From: Candidatus Eiseniibacteriota bacterium
Lineage (GTDB): Bacteria; Eisenbacteria; RBG-16-71-46; CAZAMP01
Assembly (NCBI GenBank): GCA_965224245.1
Contig: OZ245046.1
Span: 992,001-1,056,000 of the forward strand
Reading direction: 5' to 3'
DNA: 64,000 bases
Position numbers and translations under genes: made by a program. Below the pieces are notes generated by a model. That model was not told the DNA's origin. It did no database searches and saw only the letters and a list, made by a program, of their open reading frames with translations. Below, one piece after another: positions 10,116-20,590 of this stretch. Every line of letters starts with the position of its first letter. The first letter of the stretch is position 1.

Positions 10116-13100
10116 TCACAGGACCTCTTCGTCTATCTCGTCCTCGTCCTTGTCGATCCCGGGAGGCTGGGCCGCCTCCCGGCCGTTCCGGGGCACGGCA
10201 TCGCGGAGCTCCGGTGCGGGCGCGTCGGATGGACTGGCCGGCTCGATGCCCGGGTTCCGACCCGGGCCGGGCGCGTCGCCCGCGGGAGCCGCGCTCAGGG
10301 GCGGACCCGTGCGCAGCTGATCGATGCCCGGACCGGGACGCGGGCCGACCACCTGGGGGAGGACGGGCCTCCCGCCGACTCCACGGAGGAGGTCGTTGAA
10401 GCGTCCGGCCTGCTCCTCCAGATCGGCTTCGAGGGGATCGTACTCCTGTGTTGGTGGTTCCTCGGCCGCCGTGGACGGGGCCTGCTCACTTCTGATCCGC
10501 TCGTGGTACTCCCGCGCCAGTTCATCGGGGTCCGTGCCTCCCATCATCTGTGCCCATACGCCGAAGCCGTAACCTCCACCGTTCAACCAGTCGTACTGAC
10601 GATGCCAGCTGAGATTCGGATCCTCGGGAAGATCCCTGGGGTCGGTTCCCAGCGGATCGACCCGCGAGAGAGGATTCTGGAAGAACGCCTGGTAGGGATT
10701 GATGCTTTGCGGCTCGCGCAGTCCCAGAGGATCGCGTGAGATGAACCGGGCGCAGATCGGATCGTAGTACCGCGCCCGCATGGAGTAGAGATGGCCGTCG
10801 CGCACCACCCCGTACCGCCCGTGGAACGTGAAGGGGCTGTCCGACGCGCCGCTCTCGGCGAGGAGCCTGCCGAGGGCGTCGTAGGCGTAGCTGTCCGTGA
10901 TCGCGCCCGTGCCGTCGGTGAGGAAGATCGTCGAGCCCACCTCGTCGAAGTGGTGGAAGCGCGGCGAGTCGTCCCCGGCGTCGATCGTGTGCAAGAGGAG
11001 GCCGCCGGGTGTGTGGACGCAGTACGTGCGATCCACGGAACCGCGGGCGACACCTCCGTCACGGATCACCGAGATCGCGGGCAGACCGAGTGCGTAGTTC
11101 CAGACGAACCCCTGCGTCTCGGGCCCCTCGGAACGCGTGAGCACGTTGCCGAACGCGTCCCGGGTGAACCCGACCGGGGTCACCCCGTCGGAGTAGCTCT
11201 CGAGGCGTGAGGCCAGGTCCCAGGCGTACGTGTGCGTCCCGTCGTCGAGGAGACGCCCCATGTCGTCGTAGCTCGCGCCCACGACCTGGTTAGCCGGGTC
11301 GTACTCGTACTCGGTCAGTCCGAGTGCCGGTGTGGCGTGGAGCGGCACGTTCCGCACGGCCCCGGTGATGAGCCCCCGCGCATCCCGGGTGAGCGCGATC
11401 GACGAGAGCCCCGGTCCCTCGGTCGTCGCGATCAGGAGGTCCCGCTCGTCGTACGTGAACGCGGTCGTGACCCCGTTGGGTCGCTCGATCGAGGTGAGCC
11501 GCCGGTCGGAGTCGTAGGTGAGCGTCGTCATGCCCACCCAGTCGGTCACCGTGACCGGGAGCCCCCGGGCATCGTAGCCGTAGGTCACGACCTTGCCCGG
11601 GGCCAGGGTCAGCACCTCGAGCCGGCCGTCGGCGTCGTAGGTCATCGAGAGCCCGTTGCAATCGGTCAGTCGGTCGGCGGCGTCGTAGGCGAAGCTCGTG
11701 CCCGTGGCGGTGAGGAGCCGATCGTCGGCGTCGTAGCCGTACGCGAGCAGCGTGCCGTCGGAGTAGCTCCGCAGCACGAGGCGGCCCGCGGCGTCGTAGG
11801 TGAAGTTCACGACGCCGAGCCCGCCGGGGAGTGTGATCTCGCTGACCCGGCTCCGGTCGTCGTAGGTGTAGAAGTACTGGTTCCCGAGGGGATCACTCTC
11901 GGACGTCACGCGCCCGTGCGCATCGGCCGGGTTCTGCCACAGGAAGCCGCGCGGATCGGTGACGCTCGCCACCTGCATGAGCCCGTTCCGATCGTAGCTG
12001 GCCAGGATCCCCGGTGCGGCCAGCGCGACCTCGGAGATCCTCTCGTTGCCGTCGCGGGTGACGTTGGTGGTCGCCGCCACGGGGTCCGTCACGCGCACGA
12101 TGCGGCCCAGTGCGTCGTACGTGTAGCCCACAACATCCCCCAGCGGTGACTGCACCTCCGTGAGCCGACCCAGGGCGTCGCTCGTGAACGTCCACGTGTC
12201 GGCCAGGGGGGAGCGGATCGATGTCGGCACTCCCTCGGCGTCGTACGTGTAGATCCAGATCCCACCCGCCTCGTCCGTCAGCGAGGTGAGCCGACCCCGC
12301 GCGTCGTAGTCGAAGCTCACGACATCGCCCACCGGGTCGGTGATCGTCGCGATCCGTCGGAGGCCGTCTCGGGTGGCAGCGGTCACCAGGCCCAGGGGAT
12401 CGGTCACCGCCGTCAGGTCGTCGTTGAGGTCATACCCGAAGAGCGCCGAATGTCCGAGAGGGTCGGTGTGCATCCGTAGGTTGTCGTTGTCGTCGTAGGC
12501 GAAACCGGTGACGTGCCCGTTCTCGTCGGTGACGCTGGTGACGTTGTCGCTCGGGTCGTAGCCGATCGCGACCGTCACGCCGCCGGGACGGGTGATGAGA
12601 ATCGGGCGCTTGGCCGCGTCGTAGCCATGGGCCGTCGTGTTGCCGGATGGATCGGTGGCCGAGAGGAGCGTGGCGTCGGCGTCGTAGACGTACGTCCAGA
12701 CGCCCCCGTCCGGGTTCGTCACGGTCAGCGCCTGCCCCGCCGGGTTCCGGGTGTAGCTCCAGGTGTTCGCCTCGCGATCGGTGAACGAGACCACGTTGCC
12801 CGCCGCATCGTAGGTGATCGCGGCCGCCGCGCCGGTGGGGTAGTCGATGCCGGTGAGCACGTGGAACGTGAATCCGTCCTGGACCTGCGGGGTGTAGGTA
12901 TAGGTGAACGTGTTCCCGAGGTTGTCCGTCCGGCTCGTGACGTAGCCCGACATGGGGTCATGCGTGAGCGAGCTCGTGTCGCCCAGGCGGTCTGTCGTCG
13001 ATATCCGCCGGTGAAAGCCGTCGTAGGCGTAGTGGACCGTGTTTCCGGCCTCGTCCACGAAGCCCACGAGGCGACGCTCCGGGTTGAAGAGGTGGCTTCG

Positions 13101-15137
13101 CGGATTCCCCAGGGGATCGGTGATCGTCGTCGCGCCGGGCCCGTACGCGAAGCTCGTCACGTTGAGCTCGCCGTCGGCCTGGGCCAGCACGCGACCGTTC
13201 GGGAGGTAGGCGTTCTGGATCGGCACGTTGCCCACGGGCTCGGTGATCGCGAGAATGCGGCTGGCGCCGTCGTACGCGTACTGGGTCGTCTTCGCATCGG
13301 GGTCCGTGACCGTGGTCAGGTCCCTGCCCGTGTAGCCGTACTGCACCGTCCGACCACTCTGGTCGGTGACCGACACGATGCGGGGCGCGGCCCCGCTCAC
13401 CACGTAGCCGAAGCTCAGGGTTCGCCCCACGCCATCGTCGATCAGGGCCAGCGTGCCGTCGGGGTTGTAGGTGAGCGTATGTGTGTTGCCGCTCCGGTCT
13501 CGCACCCGCTCCAGCGGGCTCTGCTCCTGATCGGCCAGGGAGGCGAACTCGAACGTGAACATCAGGCGATTGACCGGATCCATCATCTCGAGCGTCGTGC
13601 CACTCTCGACCAGCTGAAACGGTGTGCCCCGGAAGGTGGTGAACCCCAGCGGGGCCGGCACCATCTGCCAGTCGGGACCCACCTTCTCGAAGAAGATCAC
13701 CATCCCGCGCTGGTAGTAGATCGCGACCCGGGTGGCGCCGAGTCGCAAGAGTGCATACTGATGGTTGTGCACCCAGTTCGCGCCCACGGGGCTGGATCCT
13801 GGAGCGTAGAAGCCCCAGAACGCGGCCGACTGGCCCACGAACGACCCGTGGTGGCGCGCGAAGCGGAGGGGAAGGTGGCCGCCGAGATCGAGGTCGGTGG
13901 CCCACGTGACGTACTCACCCAGCGATGTCACCACCGGATCGCTCGCTGCCGGTGGCGGAGACGGCTCGTTCGAGAGGGTCCGGAGCTCACCGAGCTCACC
14001 GAGCTCGAGCGCGCCGAGTTCGCCAAGCTCGTCGAGTTCACCGAGCGCGCCGACGTCGGAGCCGTTCGACCCACTCGACGGGAGCAGATCCGGATACCGG
14101 TACAGCTCCCCGGAAGTGGGCGGTGGGCGAACCTCTGCCGTCGTCGAGCAGTCGACCGCCGCCCCCCGGTCGTCGGTCACGGTCAACGTGACGACGTAGC
14201 TGTTCGGCGTCGTGTAGACGTGAGTCGGCGTCGGACCGCTTCCCATCGCGCCATCGCCGAAGTCCCAGTCGTAGCCGGCGATGCTTCCATCGGAATCGAA
14301 AGAGCCCGTGCCGTCGAACGTGATCGGCTCGTCGACCACGCCGCCGTAGGGCCCACCCGCGTCGCACACCGGAGGTGAGTTCGACGTCGTGTCGCACTCG
14401 GTGGAGATCGTCAGCTCCACGGCCCAGCGGTCTCCGAACCCGAGGTCGTTCAGGTCGGTCCAGCTGCCGTGCTCCCCGCTCAGGTTGACGTACGCATTGC
14501 CCGGGATCCCCGTTACGCCCTCGCGTCCGATCGACCAGTCCGCGGGAACGGTTCCGTTCACGTAGATCACCCCGACATACAGACGCTCGCCCTCGGTCAC
14601 CTCGCACGGGCATCCCGCGCTGACGAAGGAGACGTACTCGTGAACGACCGGACCTGCCTCGGGGATCGTGACGTCGAGAACCTTGGCGCACTCGCTACCG
14701 CAGGCGTCGTCGGGGATGCCACCTGCATCGCGCCAGAGGTAGAGATGGTATTGATCGCCGGGGTCGGCCTGCTCGAACCGGATGCGGGTTGCGGTCACGA
14801 CTCCGGCCGAGCACGCCTCGACCGCGAAGGCCATCCCGATGAGGTTCTGCGGGGTGCGGGCCGGGAACTCGGCGGGGACGCAATCACCCTGGACGAAGCT
14901 GCCCTCCAGACCCAGCGATGCACCCGTGGGAACCGCTCCCTGATCGGAGACGCACCCGGGTGAAGACCCCGACGCGCGGGCCGCCTCGCCCCGGGAATCG
15001 ACGCCGGTAGGCGGTGTGGTGCGAACGGTCGCTCGCTCGGCGTCTGCCGGCAGGGAGGTCAGGAGCGCGGCCAGGAGCGCAACCATGCCGGGGTATGACA
15101 TGCCTGACTTCCTGAAGACGGCCACGCTGTTGGACAT
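10116..15137 (-). CDS. Signal-peptide RHS/YD-repeat protein with PKD domain and RHS core
   Basis: Signal peptide, PKD motif (DAGGPY..FDGTGSFDSDG..YDWDFGDG), DPVVTSLGE motif (DUF6531-like), many YD repeats, core motif RARYYDP..RFISRDPLG..NPY..NPLSRVDPLG, and a 176-aa C-terminal tail. Confidence 0.92.
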   Translation of the reverse strand: MSNSVAVFRKSGMSYPGMVALLAALLTSLPADAERATVRTTPPTGVDSRGEAARASGSSPGCVSDQGAVPTGASLGLEGSFVQGDCVPAEFPARTPQNLIGMAFAVEACSAGVVTATRIRFEQADPGDQYHLYLWRDAGGIPDDACGSECAKVLDVTIPEAGPVVHEYVSFVSAGCPCEVTEGERLYVGVIYVNGTVPADWSIGREGVTGIPGNAYVNLSGEHGSWTDLNDLGFGDRWAVELTISTECDTTSNSPPVCDAGGPYGGVVDEPITFDGTGSFDSDGSIAGYDWDFGDGAMGSGPTPTHVYTTPNSYVVTLTVTDDRGAAVDCSTTAEVRPPPTSGELYRYPDLLPSSGSNGSDVGALGELDELGELGALELGELGELRTLSNEPSPPPAASDPVVTSLGEYVTWATDLDLGGHLPLRFARHHGSFVGQSAAFWGFYAPGSSPVGANWVHNHQYALLRLGATRVAIYYQRGMVIFFEKVGPDWQMVPAPLGFTTFRGTPFQLVESGTTLEMMDPVNRLMFTFEFASLADQEQSPLERVRDRSGNTHTLTYNPDGTLALIDDGVGRTLSFGYVVSGAAPRIVSVTDQSGRTVQYGYTGRDLTTVTDPDAKTTQYAYDGASRILAITEPVGNVPIQNAYLPNGRVLAQADGELNVTSFAYGPGATTITDPLGNPRSHLFNPERRLVGFVDEAGNTVHYAYDGFHRRISTTDRLGDTSSLTHDPMSGYVTSRTDNLGNTFTYTYTPQVQDGFTFHVLTGIDYPTGAAAAITYDAAGNVVSFTDREANTWSYTRNPAGQALTVTNPDGGVWTYVYDADATLLSATDPSGNTTAHGYDAAKRPILITRPGGVTVAIGYDPSDNVTSVTDENGHVTGFAYDDNDNLRMHTDPLGHSALFGYDLNDDLTAVTDPLGLVTAATRDGLRRIATITDPVGDVVSFDYDARGRLTSLTDEAGGIWIYTYDAEGVPTSIRSPLADTWTFTSDALGRLTEVQSPLGDVVGYTYDALGRIVRVTDPVAATTNVTRDGNERISEVALAAPGILASYDRNGLMQVASVTDPRGFLWQNPADAHGRVTSESDPLGNQYFYTYDDRSRVSEITLPGGLGVVNFTYDAAGRLVLRSYSDGTLLAYGYDADDRLLTATGTSFAYDAADRLTDCNGLSMTYDADGRLEVLTLAPGKVVTYGYDARGLPVTVTDWVGMTTLTYDSDRRLTSIERPNGVTTAFTYDERDLLIATTEGPGLSSIALTRDARGLITGAVRNVPLHATPALGLTEYEYDPANQVVGASYDDMGRLLDDGTHTYAWDLASRLESYSDGVTPVGFTRDAFGNVLTRSEGPETQGFVWNYALGLPAISVIRDGGVARGSVDRTYCVHTPGGLLLHTIDAGDDSPRFHHFDEVGSTIFLTDGTGAITDSYAYDALGRLLAESGASDSPFTFHGRYGVVRDGHLYSMRARYYDPICARFISRDPLGLREPQSINPYQAFFQNPLSRVDPLGTDPRDLPEDPNLSWHRQYDWLNGGGYGFGVWAQMMGGTDPDELAREYHERIRSEQAPSTAAEEPPTQEYDPLEADLEEQAGRFNDLLRGVGGRPVLPQVVGPRPGPGIDQLRTGPPLSAAPAGDAPGPGRNPGIEPASPSDAPAPELRDAVPRNGREAAQPPGIDKDEDEIDEEVL

Positions 15138-15356
15138 CGACGCTCCACGGTTGCACGTTCGGCACGCCTGAATCCTGGCTCACGGCCTCAATGGTGTCAT
15201 ACAAGCACGGGATGGGTGTACTGGAAACCGGGGAGAACGCGCGGCGAAGGCGGATGAGCCCGATCCGGCTGCAGATGAGACGTCCGCCCCCTCGTCCCGA
15301 TCGATGGTTTCGGTTAGAATTCATCCTGGAGTGCGGCTCACGCGGAGGCTCGAAGG

Positions 15357-15899
15357 ATGATGCGCCAGACACGAAACCCCGGTGTGACGAGAGGCTCGAC
15401 GGCGGCGCTGGGCGTCGCGCTGGCCCTGGCACTCACCCTCACGCCCCTCGCCGCCGCCGAGCTCTCGTATGTCTACGACGAGATCGGACGACTCACCACC
15501 GTCGTCCACGGCGACTCGCTGACCGTCTCCTACGAGTACGACGCGAACGGAAACATCCTGTCGGTGGCCGTGGAGTCGGGGATGCTGGACGTGGGAGAGA
15601 GCGAGCCACCCGCATTGCCGACGACGTTCGGGCTCGGGCATCCACCGGAGAATCCCGTGAGGCATTCGACGCGGATCCCGTTTCAGCTCGCCGGGGCCCG
15701 GAAGGTGACGCTCGACGTCTACGACGCCGTGGGGCGCCGCGTCCGGCGGCTCGTGGAGGGCCCCATGCCCGCCGGCTTCCACGATGCGAGCTGGGATGGA
15801 CTCACGGACGGGGGGGCGACGGCGGCGCCGGGGGTTTATCTCTACCGCATCGTTGCCGGCTCCTACACCGCGACCCGGAAGCTCGTCCTCGTCCGGTAA
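15357..15899 (+). CDS. Mini protein: signal peptide + two YD hairpins + FlgD-Ig/T9SS-like CTD
   Basis: LSYVYDEIGRLTTVVHGDSLTVSYEYDANGNILSV followed by ENPVR..VYDAVGRRVRRL..WDGLTDGG..PGVYLYRI. Confidence 0.88.
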   Translation: MMRQTRNPGVTRGSTAALGVALALALTLTPLAAAELSYVYDEIGRLTTVVHGDSLTVSYEYDANGNILSVAVESGMLDVGESEPPALPTTFGLGHPPENPVRHSTRIPFQLAGARKVTLDVYDAVGRRVRRLVEGPMPAGFHDASWDGLTDGGATAAPGVYLYRIVAGSYTATRKLVLVR

Positions 15900-15929
15900 C
15901 CTGCCTTCATGCCTCGACACACGAGACGA

Positions 15930-17468
15930 TCAGTGATCGACGACGAGTCTCCGGGTCTCGCTGGAGCCACCGGCCTCGAGGCGGTAGAAGTAGGTGCCCG
16001 TCGCGACACGCCGTCCGGACTGATCCCGGCCGCGCCAGACACACGCGTGCTGACGACCGCTCGCCACGAACCCGTTCAACAAACTCCGGACGCGGCGCCC
16101 GCTGCCATCGTAGACGTCCAGTCGAACGTACGTGTCCACGGAGACCGAGAACGTGATCCGTGTGCCGGGTCGGAACGGGTTCGGCGCGTTCTGAGCGAGG
16201 GAAAGTCGCACGTTCGGAACGAAGCTCGGCCCGATGACTGCCAGGAGATCCGAGCGCGGCCACTCCACGACGGAGAAGCGATACTGCTGATCGACCCCCC
16301 TGTCCGATTGGCGCAGCTCCACCGACGACGGGCCCACGAGCTGGATCCCGATCGACCCGTGAGGGAAGTCATCGGTGCCCTCGCAGCGTGCGGTTTCCCC
16401 CATGATCGACGTCGAGTCCACTGGCACCGGGACGATCGAGTCCGTCCAGATGTCTTCCCCCGCTCCTGCATCCGTCCAGCGCGTGCCCGACAGGTGCTGG
16501 ACGGTCATGCGATCGTTCGACACGATCCAGGCCACGGTCGTGATGGAGCTCGGGTCCGGCACGGTGCTCGGAAGCTGAAAGCGGATCGTGTCGACGTCCG
16601 AGAGCCACACCTCGGCGCCCTGCTCATCCACTCGAGAGCCGCCGCTCCGGTGCTGAGCATGAAGGAACGTCCGTGCAGGGGCGAAGGGCGTGGGAAGAAC
16701 CTCGTCCTCGACGTCACCGGCCGAGTCGTAGACGTGCTCGACTCGTTGCATGGACCAGTTCTCGCCCGTGAGCTCGATGACGGCGTAGGAGACGGTCGCC
16801 TCGAACCCCGTGCCGCCTCGCGTGAGTACGGGCTCGTCCCAATCGGGATCCCAGGCCGCCGTACACATCGCCTGATGAACGCCGTCGGGCGTGGAGTGGC
16901 TCGAGGCCTGGCCCGTGATGAACACGACGACGTCGTCGTGATCGAGGATCCCGGATGTGGCGTCCCCCCGAGCTTCATCGGCCCAGACGGGATCGAACGA
17001 GACGAAGCCCGTCCCGCGAACCTCGACGGCATTCGCGCCGGACGACTCTCCCTGGTACTCGACGAGCTCCCACGTGATCCGTGTGTCGCCCTGGTCGGAG
17101 TACCGGCTGAACGTGAAGTGAGTATCGAGGCTGCCGGCTTCGGAGATCCAGACCATCCATCGGTCCGCATCCTGGCGTCCGCCGCCGCTCGTCGCTCCCA
17201 TGCCCGTGAGTCGGGTGCCGGTGATGCGGACGAACGCAGGGCCCACGGGAGGCACGTAGTCGAGCGCGGCCGCAGTCATCGACACGTCGGTGCTACCGTG
17301 TTCGATCACGGTCGTTCCGCGTTGCACGGAGAAGTCGCTGGACGCCGTAGCGCCGGTGGCAGCGAGCGTGAGGCCGAGGACGAGTGCGGGCACGCTGCCG
17401 GCCAGCCACGAGCTCGTACCCATCCTCCGCAGGGTCTCCCGGGTCCGTGTGATGAGATCGGCGTGCAT
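15930..17468 (-). CDS. Secreted protein of unknown function with FlgD-Ig/T9SS-like CTD
   Basis: GGGAG RBS before ATG 17468, hydrophobic signal, and a QNAPNPF..VYDGSGRRVRSL..WRGRDQSGRRVATGTYFYRL CTD. Confidence 0.85.
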   Translation of the reverse strand: MHADLITRTRETLRRMGTSSWLAGSVPALVLGLTLAATGATASSDFSVQRGTTVIEHGSTDVSMTAAALDYVPPVGPAFVRITGTRLTGMGATSGGGRQDADRWMVWISEAGSLDTHFTFSRYSDQGDTRITWELVEYQGESSGANAVEVRGTGFVSFDPVWADEARGDATSGILDHDDVVVFITGQASSHSTPDGVHQAMCTAAWDPDWDEPVLTRGGTGFEATVSYAVIELTGENWSMQRVEHVYDSAGDVEDEVLPTPFAPARTFLHAQHRSGGSRVDEQGAEVWLSDVDTIRFQLPSTVPDPSSITTVAWIVSNDRMTVQHLSGTRWTDAGAGEDIWTDSIVPVPVDSTSIMGETARCEGTDDFPHGSIGIQLVGPSSVELRQSDRGVDQQYRFSVVEWPRSDLLAVIGPSFVPNVRLSLAQNAPNPFRPGTRITFSVSVDTYVRLDVYDGSGRRVRSLLNGFVASGRQHACVWRGRDQSGRRVATGTYFYRLEAGGSSETRRLVVDH

Positions 17469-17958
17469 CGATCGTCTCCCGAGAGCGGGGGCCCGCTGCC
17501 GGCATGTGTCAGGTACGAGTCTAAGGCATCTGGAGTGAGGCGAGATTCGCCGCGCCGACATTGAATGCTGATCACCAGGAGCGTGGTCGCTGCCAACCAC
17601 GGGCTCGAGGGGCCTCTCCGCACCGTTGCCTGAAACGGCGCTCGGCTCATCGTCGTGGCCCGCTGACAGGTAAGGAACGGCCAGCTGGTCGGCGGAGCCG
17701 AGCCCAGCGGCCCGCCTGGATGTGCCTGCAGGACACGGGCCCCTCTCGCGGTGTCCTGGAGGCTCGATCCCGACGAGAGCGCCTTCATGCACCGCGCGAG
17801 GCGGAAGACCGCACATGGCGTTGCCGAACGTCGTGCGCTCCGCTACGGTACACTCTGGCCCAGGGTCCGAGGGGAAGGCACTCCGGCCCGTGCAGAGCGT
17901 CGATGTGGCTCCCGCGTCGCGGAGCCACCGGTCATGTACCCCGACCTGGAGGCGCCCG

Positions 17959-18606
17959 TTGACCCGAGTGCTCATCGTCGCGTCGCTTGCGGTGCTGCCG
18001 GCCACCTCTGCCGCCTGGGACGAGATCCAGCGCCAGCAGGTGAACGACGAAGCCGAGATGTTCGCCTCGCACTGCTACGAGGAGATGTGGAACGAGGTCG
18101 CCGACGATGTGTACCTCGAGGGTGCGCTCGTCCAGGCAATCTCGTGGTGGGGGTTCTCCTACCACGATCGTGACCGGCTCGACTTCTACATCCGGTTCTA
18201 CGAGCGCACGGCGGAGGGAGCACCCGGAGCACTGGTCTACGAGCACCTGGCCGTGGACGTACCGGGTGAGGTCCGTCCCCCGTGGGGTCGGGAGTATCTC
18301 GCCGAGATCCCTCCGTTCCTGGCCAACGGCGACTACATGCTCAGCATCGTGGAGTACTGCCGAGACTACTACTTTCGCTGGCGGACCGGCGATGGCAACG
18401 ACGTGACGATCTGGATCCGTGGTGATCTCGATGGGGTTTCGCAGGGAGAGTGGACGAGTGGCGATCACCCCTGGATCGGCCTCGACGGGATCGACATGTC
18501 GTTCGTCCTGTGGGGCGAGCTACCGGCGACGCCGACCGAGGGCGTGAGCTGGTCGCGCATCAAGTCGACATATCGCGGATCGAGGCTCTCGAGCGGCCAG
18601 CGATGA
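17959..18606 (+). CDS. Secreted protein with C-terminal TPTEGVSWSRIKSTYR tail; passenger homologous to the PEP-CTERM protein at 32981
   Basis: GGAGG RBS before TTG 17959, signal peptide (M)TRVLIVASLAVLPATSAA, tail at 18529-18576. Confidence 0.82.
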   Translation: MTRVLIVASLAVLPATSAAWDEIQRQQVNDEAEMFASHCYEEMWNEVADDVYLEGALVQAISWWGFSYHDRDRLDFYIRFYERTAEGAPGALVYEHLAVDVPGEVRPPWGREYLAEIPPFLANGDYMLSIVEYCRDYYFRWRTGDGNDVTIWIRGDLDGVSQGEWTSGDHPWIGLDGIDMSFVLWGELPATPTEGVSWSRIKSTYRGSRLSSGQR

Positions 18607-18641
18607 CGGAGTCGTCTCGAAGCAGCTCGCGGTATGATGCG

Positions 18642-20210
18642 TCAACGGTCGAGCACCAGGCGGCGAGTCGAAGGATCCCTCCCGGCGAGCCGCAGGAAGT
18701 AGATACCCGCGGGTAGCGGGCGACCGTCAGCGGTCCGACCATCCCACGTCAGCTCGTGTCTCCCGGGACGAAACACACCGGAAGCGAGCGTGCGCACTCG
18801 GCGCCCGGATACGTCGTGGACGTCGAGTCGGATGTCGGCAGCACTCGAGAGCTCGTAGACGATACGGGTGTGATCACGAGCGGGATTGGGAACGATCGGA
18901 AGAAGCGCGGAGTGAACCGCCGTCGGGGCGTTGTCCTCGACGTCCAGTCCCGTGAACTGGCGATACCTCACGAACATCGCCGACATCGTCTCGCCGTCTC
19001 TGAGATCCGCCCAGATGGCGTACGGCGTTCCATCCGGATCCAGCGTGATGGCCGGAAACCGCGCGTCCAGATCCCCGAGATCGGTCACGAACTCGCTCTC
19101 GCTCCAGTTGATCCCTCCATCCGTCGAGTACGACAGCATCAGATCGGACTTCTCGTCACCGGGGACGCCATCCCGCTCGTCTTTCCAGAGCAGCCACAGG
19201 ACATCGTTCGAGGGGTCGTGGGCCCACCAGGAGAAACGGCTCGGCTCGTCGGCCAGGGCGACCTCGGAGCTCCAGGTGAAGCCCAGGTTCATCGAACGCT
19301 GGTACGTCGCCATGCCCACCGGACCATCTTCCTGAGTGTAGGCGAGGTGGATGACACCGTGGGTGTCGACGGTGGCGGTGGGATCCAGCTCGTTGGCGCC
19401 CGGGAGTGTCGGGACCCGGTGCTCGAGGAAGGTGAGTCCGCCATCCGACGAAACGGCGACGTATACGTTTCCGTCACTCGTATCAGGAGGCCGGATGTCA
19501 CGCCAGGGAACGGCCACGATGTCCCCGGTGGTGCCCTGGACGCTGAACCGCGGCCACGCGGCATGCATGTCGGCTCCGACGGGGCTGATCTGCCGGGGTG
19601 GCGGGAATGGCGCGCCACCAGGCTCGGATCGCGTGTAGTACACGCTCGGTGCGACCCCGTCCTCGCCGATGTGCCAGGCCACGTGGACACGACTTAGGAC
19701 ATCGACGGAGATGCTCGCGGTCTCGGCATCGAAGGGCATGGTGCCGCTCACGTCAGTCGGAGCGGGATCCCAGCCGGCTCCAGGGATGAATCGCCGGTAG
19801 TAGACGTGAGTCGGATCACCGGAGACACCGTTGACCCAGGCGACGTGCAGGTGACCGTCGGGGCCGACGGCGATGTTCGGTCCGTGGGCGATCAGTGACC
19901 CGATGGAGAGCTGAAGGGCGTCGCTCCATCGGAGCCCGCCATCCTCCGAGCGTGTGTAGAAGATGCGATAGTCGTCTGCGGTGTGGTACACGACATGGAT
20001 CACACCGCTTGCATCGACGGCGATCATGCGACCCACGCCGCCGCTGGCGTTCAGAGAGGAATCGGTGACGGGCATCTCCGGCCCCCAGTAGGGGCTGACT
20101 CCGTGCGGTTCCGCGGCCCGCCCCGCATCGGTTCCAAGCCACAAGCCCGCCGAACACAGGACGAGCGCGGTGCCGCGGCCCGTAGGACGAAACGTGAGTC
20201 TCTCCAGCAT
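18642..20210 (-). CDS. BNR/Asp-box (sialidase-like) beta-propeller with FlgD-Ig/T9SS-like CTD
   Basis: Asp boxes SEDGGLRW, SSDGGLTF and STDGGINW; GGAGGAG RBS; C-terminal WDGRTADGRPLPAGIYF. Confidence 0.85.
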   Translation of the reverse strand: MLERLTFRPTGRGTALVLCSAGLWLGTDAGRAAEPHGVSPYWGPEMPVTDSSLNASGGVGRMIAVDASGVIHVVYHTADDYRIFYTRSEDGGLRWSDALQLSIGSLIAHGPNIAVGPDGHLHVAWVNGVSGDPTHVYYRRFIPGAGWDPAPTDVSGTMPFDAETASISVDVLSRVHVAWHIGEDGVAPSVYYTRSEPGGAPFPPPRQISPVGADMHAAWPRFSVQGTTGDIVAVPWRDIRPPDTSDGNVYVAVSSDGGLTFLEHRVPTLPGANELDPTATVDTHGVIHLAYTQEDGPVGMATYQRSMNLGFTWSSEVALADEPSRFSWWAHDPSNDVLWLLWKDERDGVPGDEKSDLMLSYSTDGGINWSESEFVTDLGDLDARFPAITLDPDGTPYAIWADLRDGETMSAMFVRYRQFTGLDVEDNAPTAVHSALLPIVPNPARDHTRIVYELSSAADIRLDVHDVSGRRVRTLASGVFRPGRHELTWDGRTADGRPLPAGIYFLRLAGRDPSTRRLVLDR

Positions 20211-20590
20211 GGCGATCTCCTCCGACCGGCGGGACACGATCTCCGGGAGCCACCTCTGACCGAGGTGCTTTCCATCTGGACATGCGAGAATCTGCTTCGA
20301 ATGTGCAACGAGCCAGCGCGCGGGGCGTTTTCGGCGGTATCTGAGCGGACCCGGGTGTGAGACGGCCTGTCTGCCGCGGGGCCGAGGTCCGTCCAGTTGT
20401 CCATCGTCTACTCGTAGACGCTGCCCGTCGAAGTCTGAGATCCTCGTACTGGAGGGTCGAGCGAGCTGCCGGAGCCGAACCGGGGGGATCACCGGTGGCG
20501 GCGCCGTTCCGCCGTGGACGATCGGTCCCACATCGGACCCGGGGGCGTCTCTGGCGAGCGGCCTCGAAGACCGCGCAAGGAGGTGTCGGG

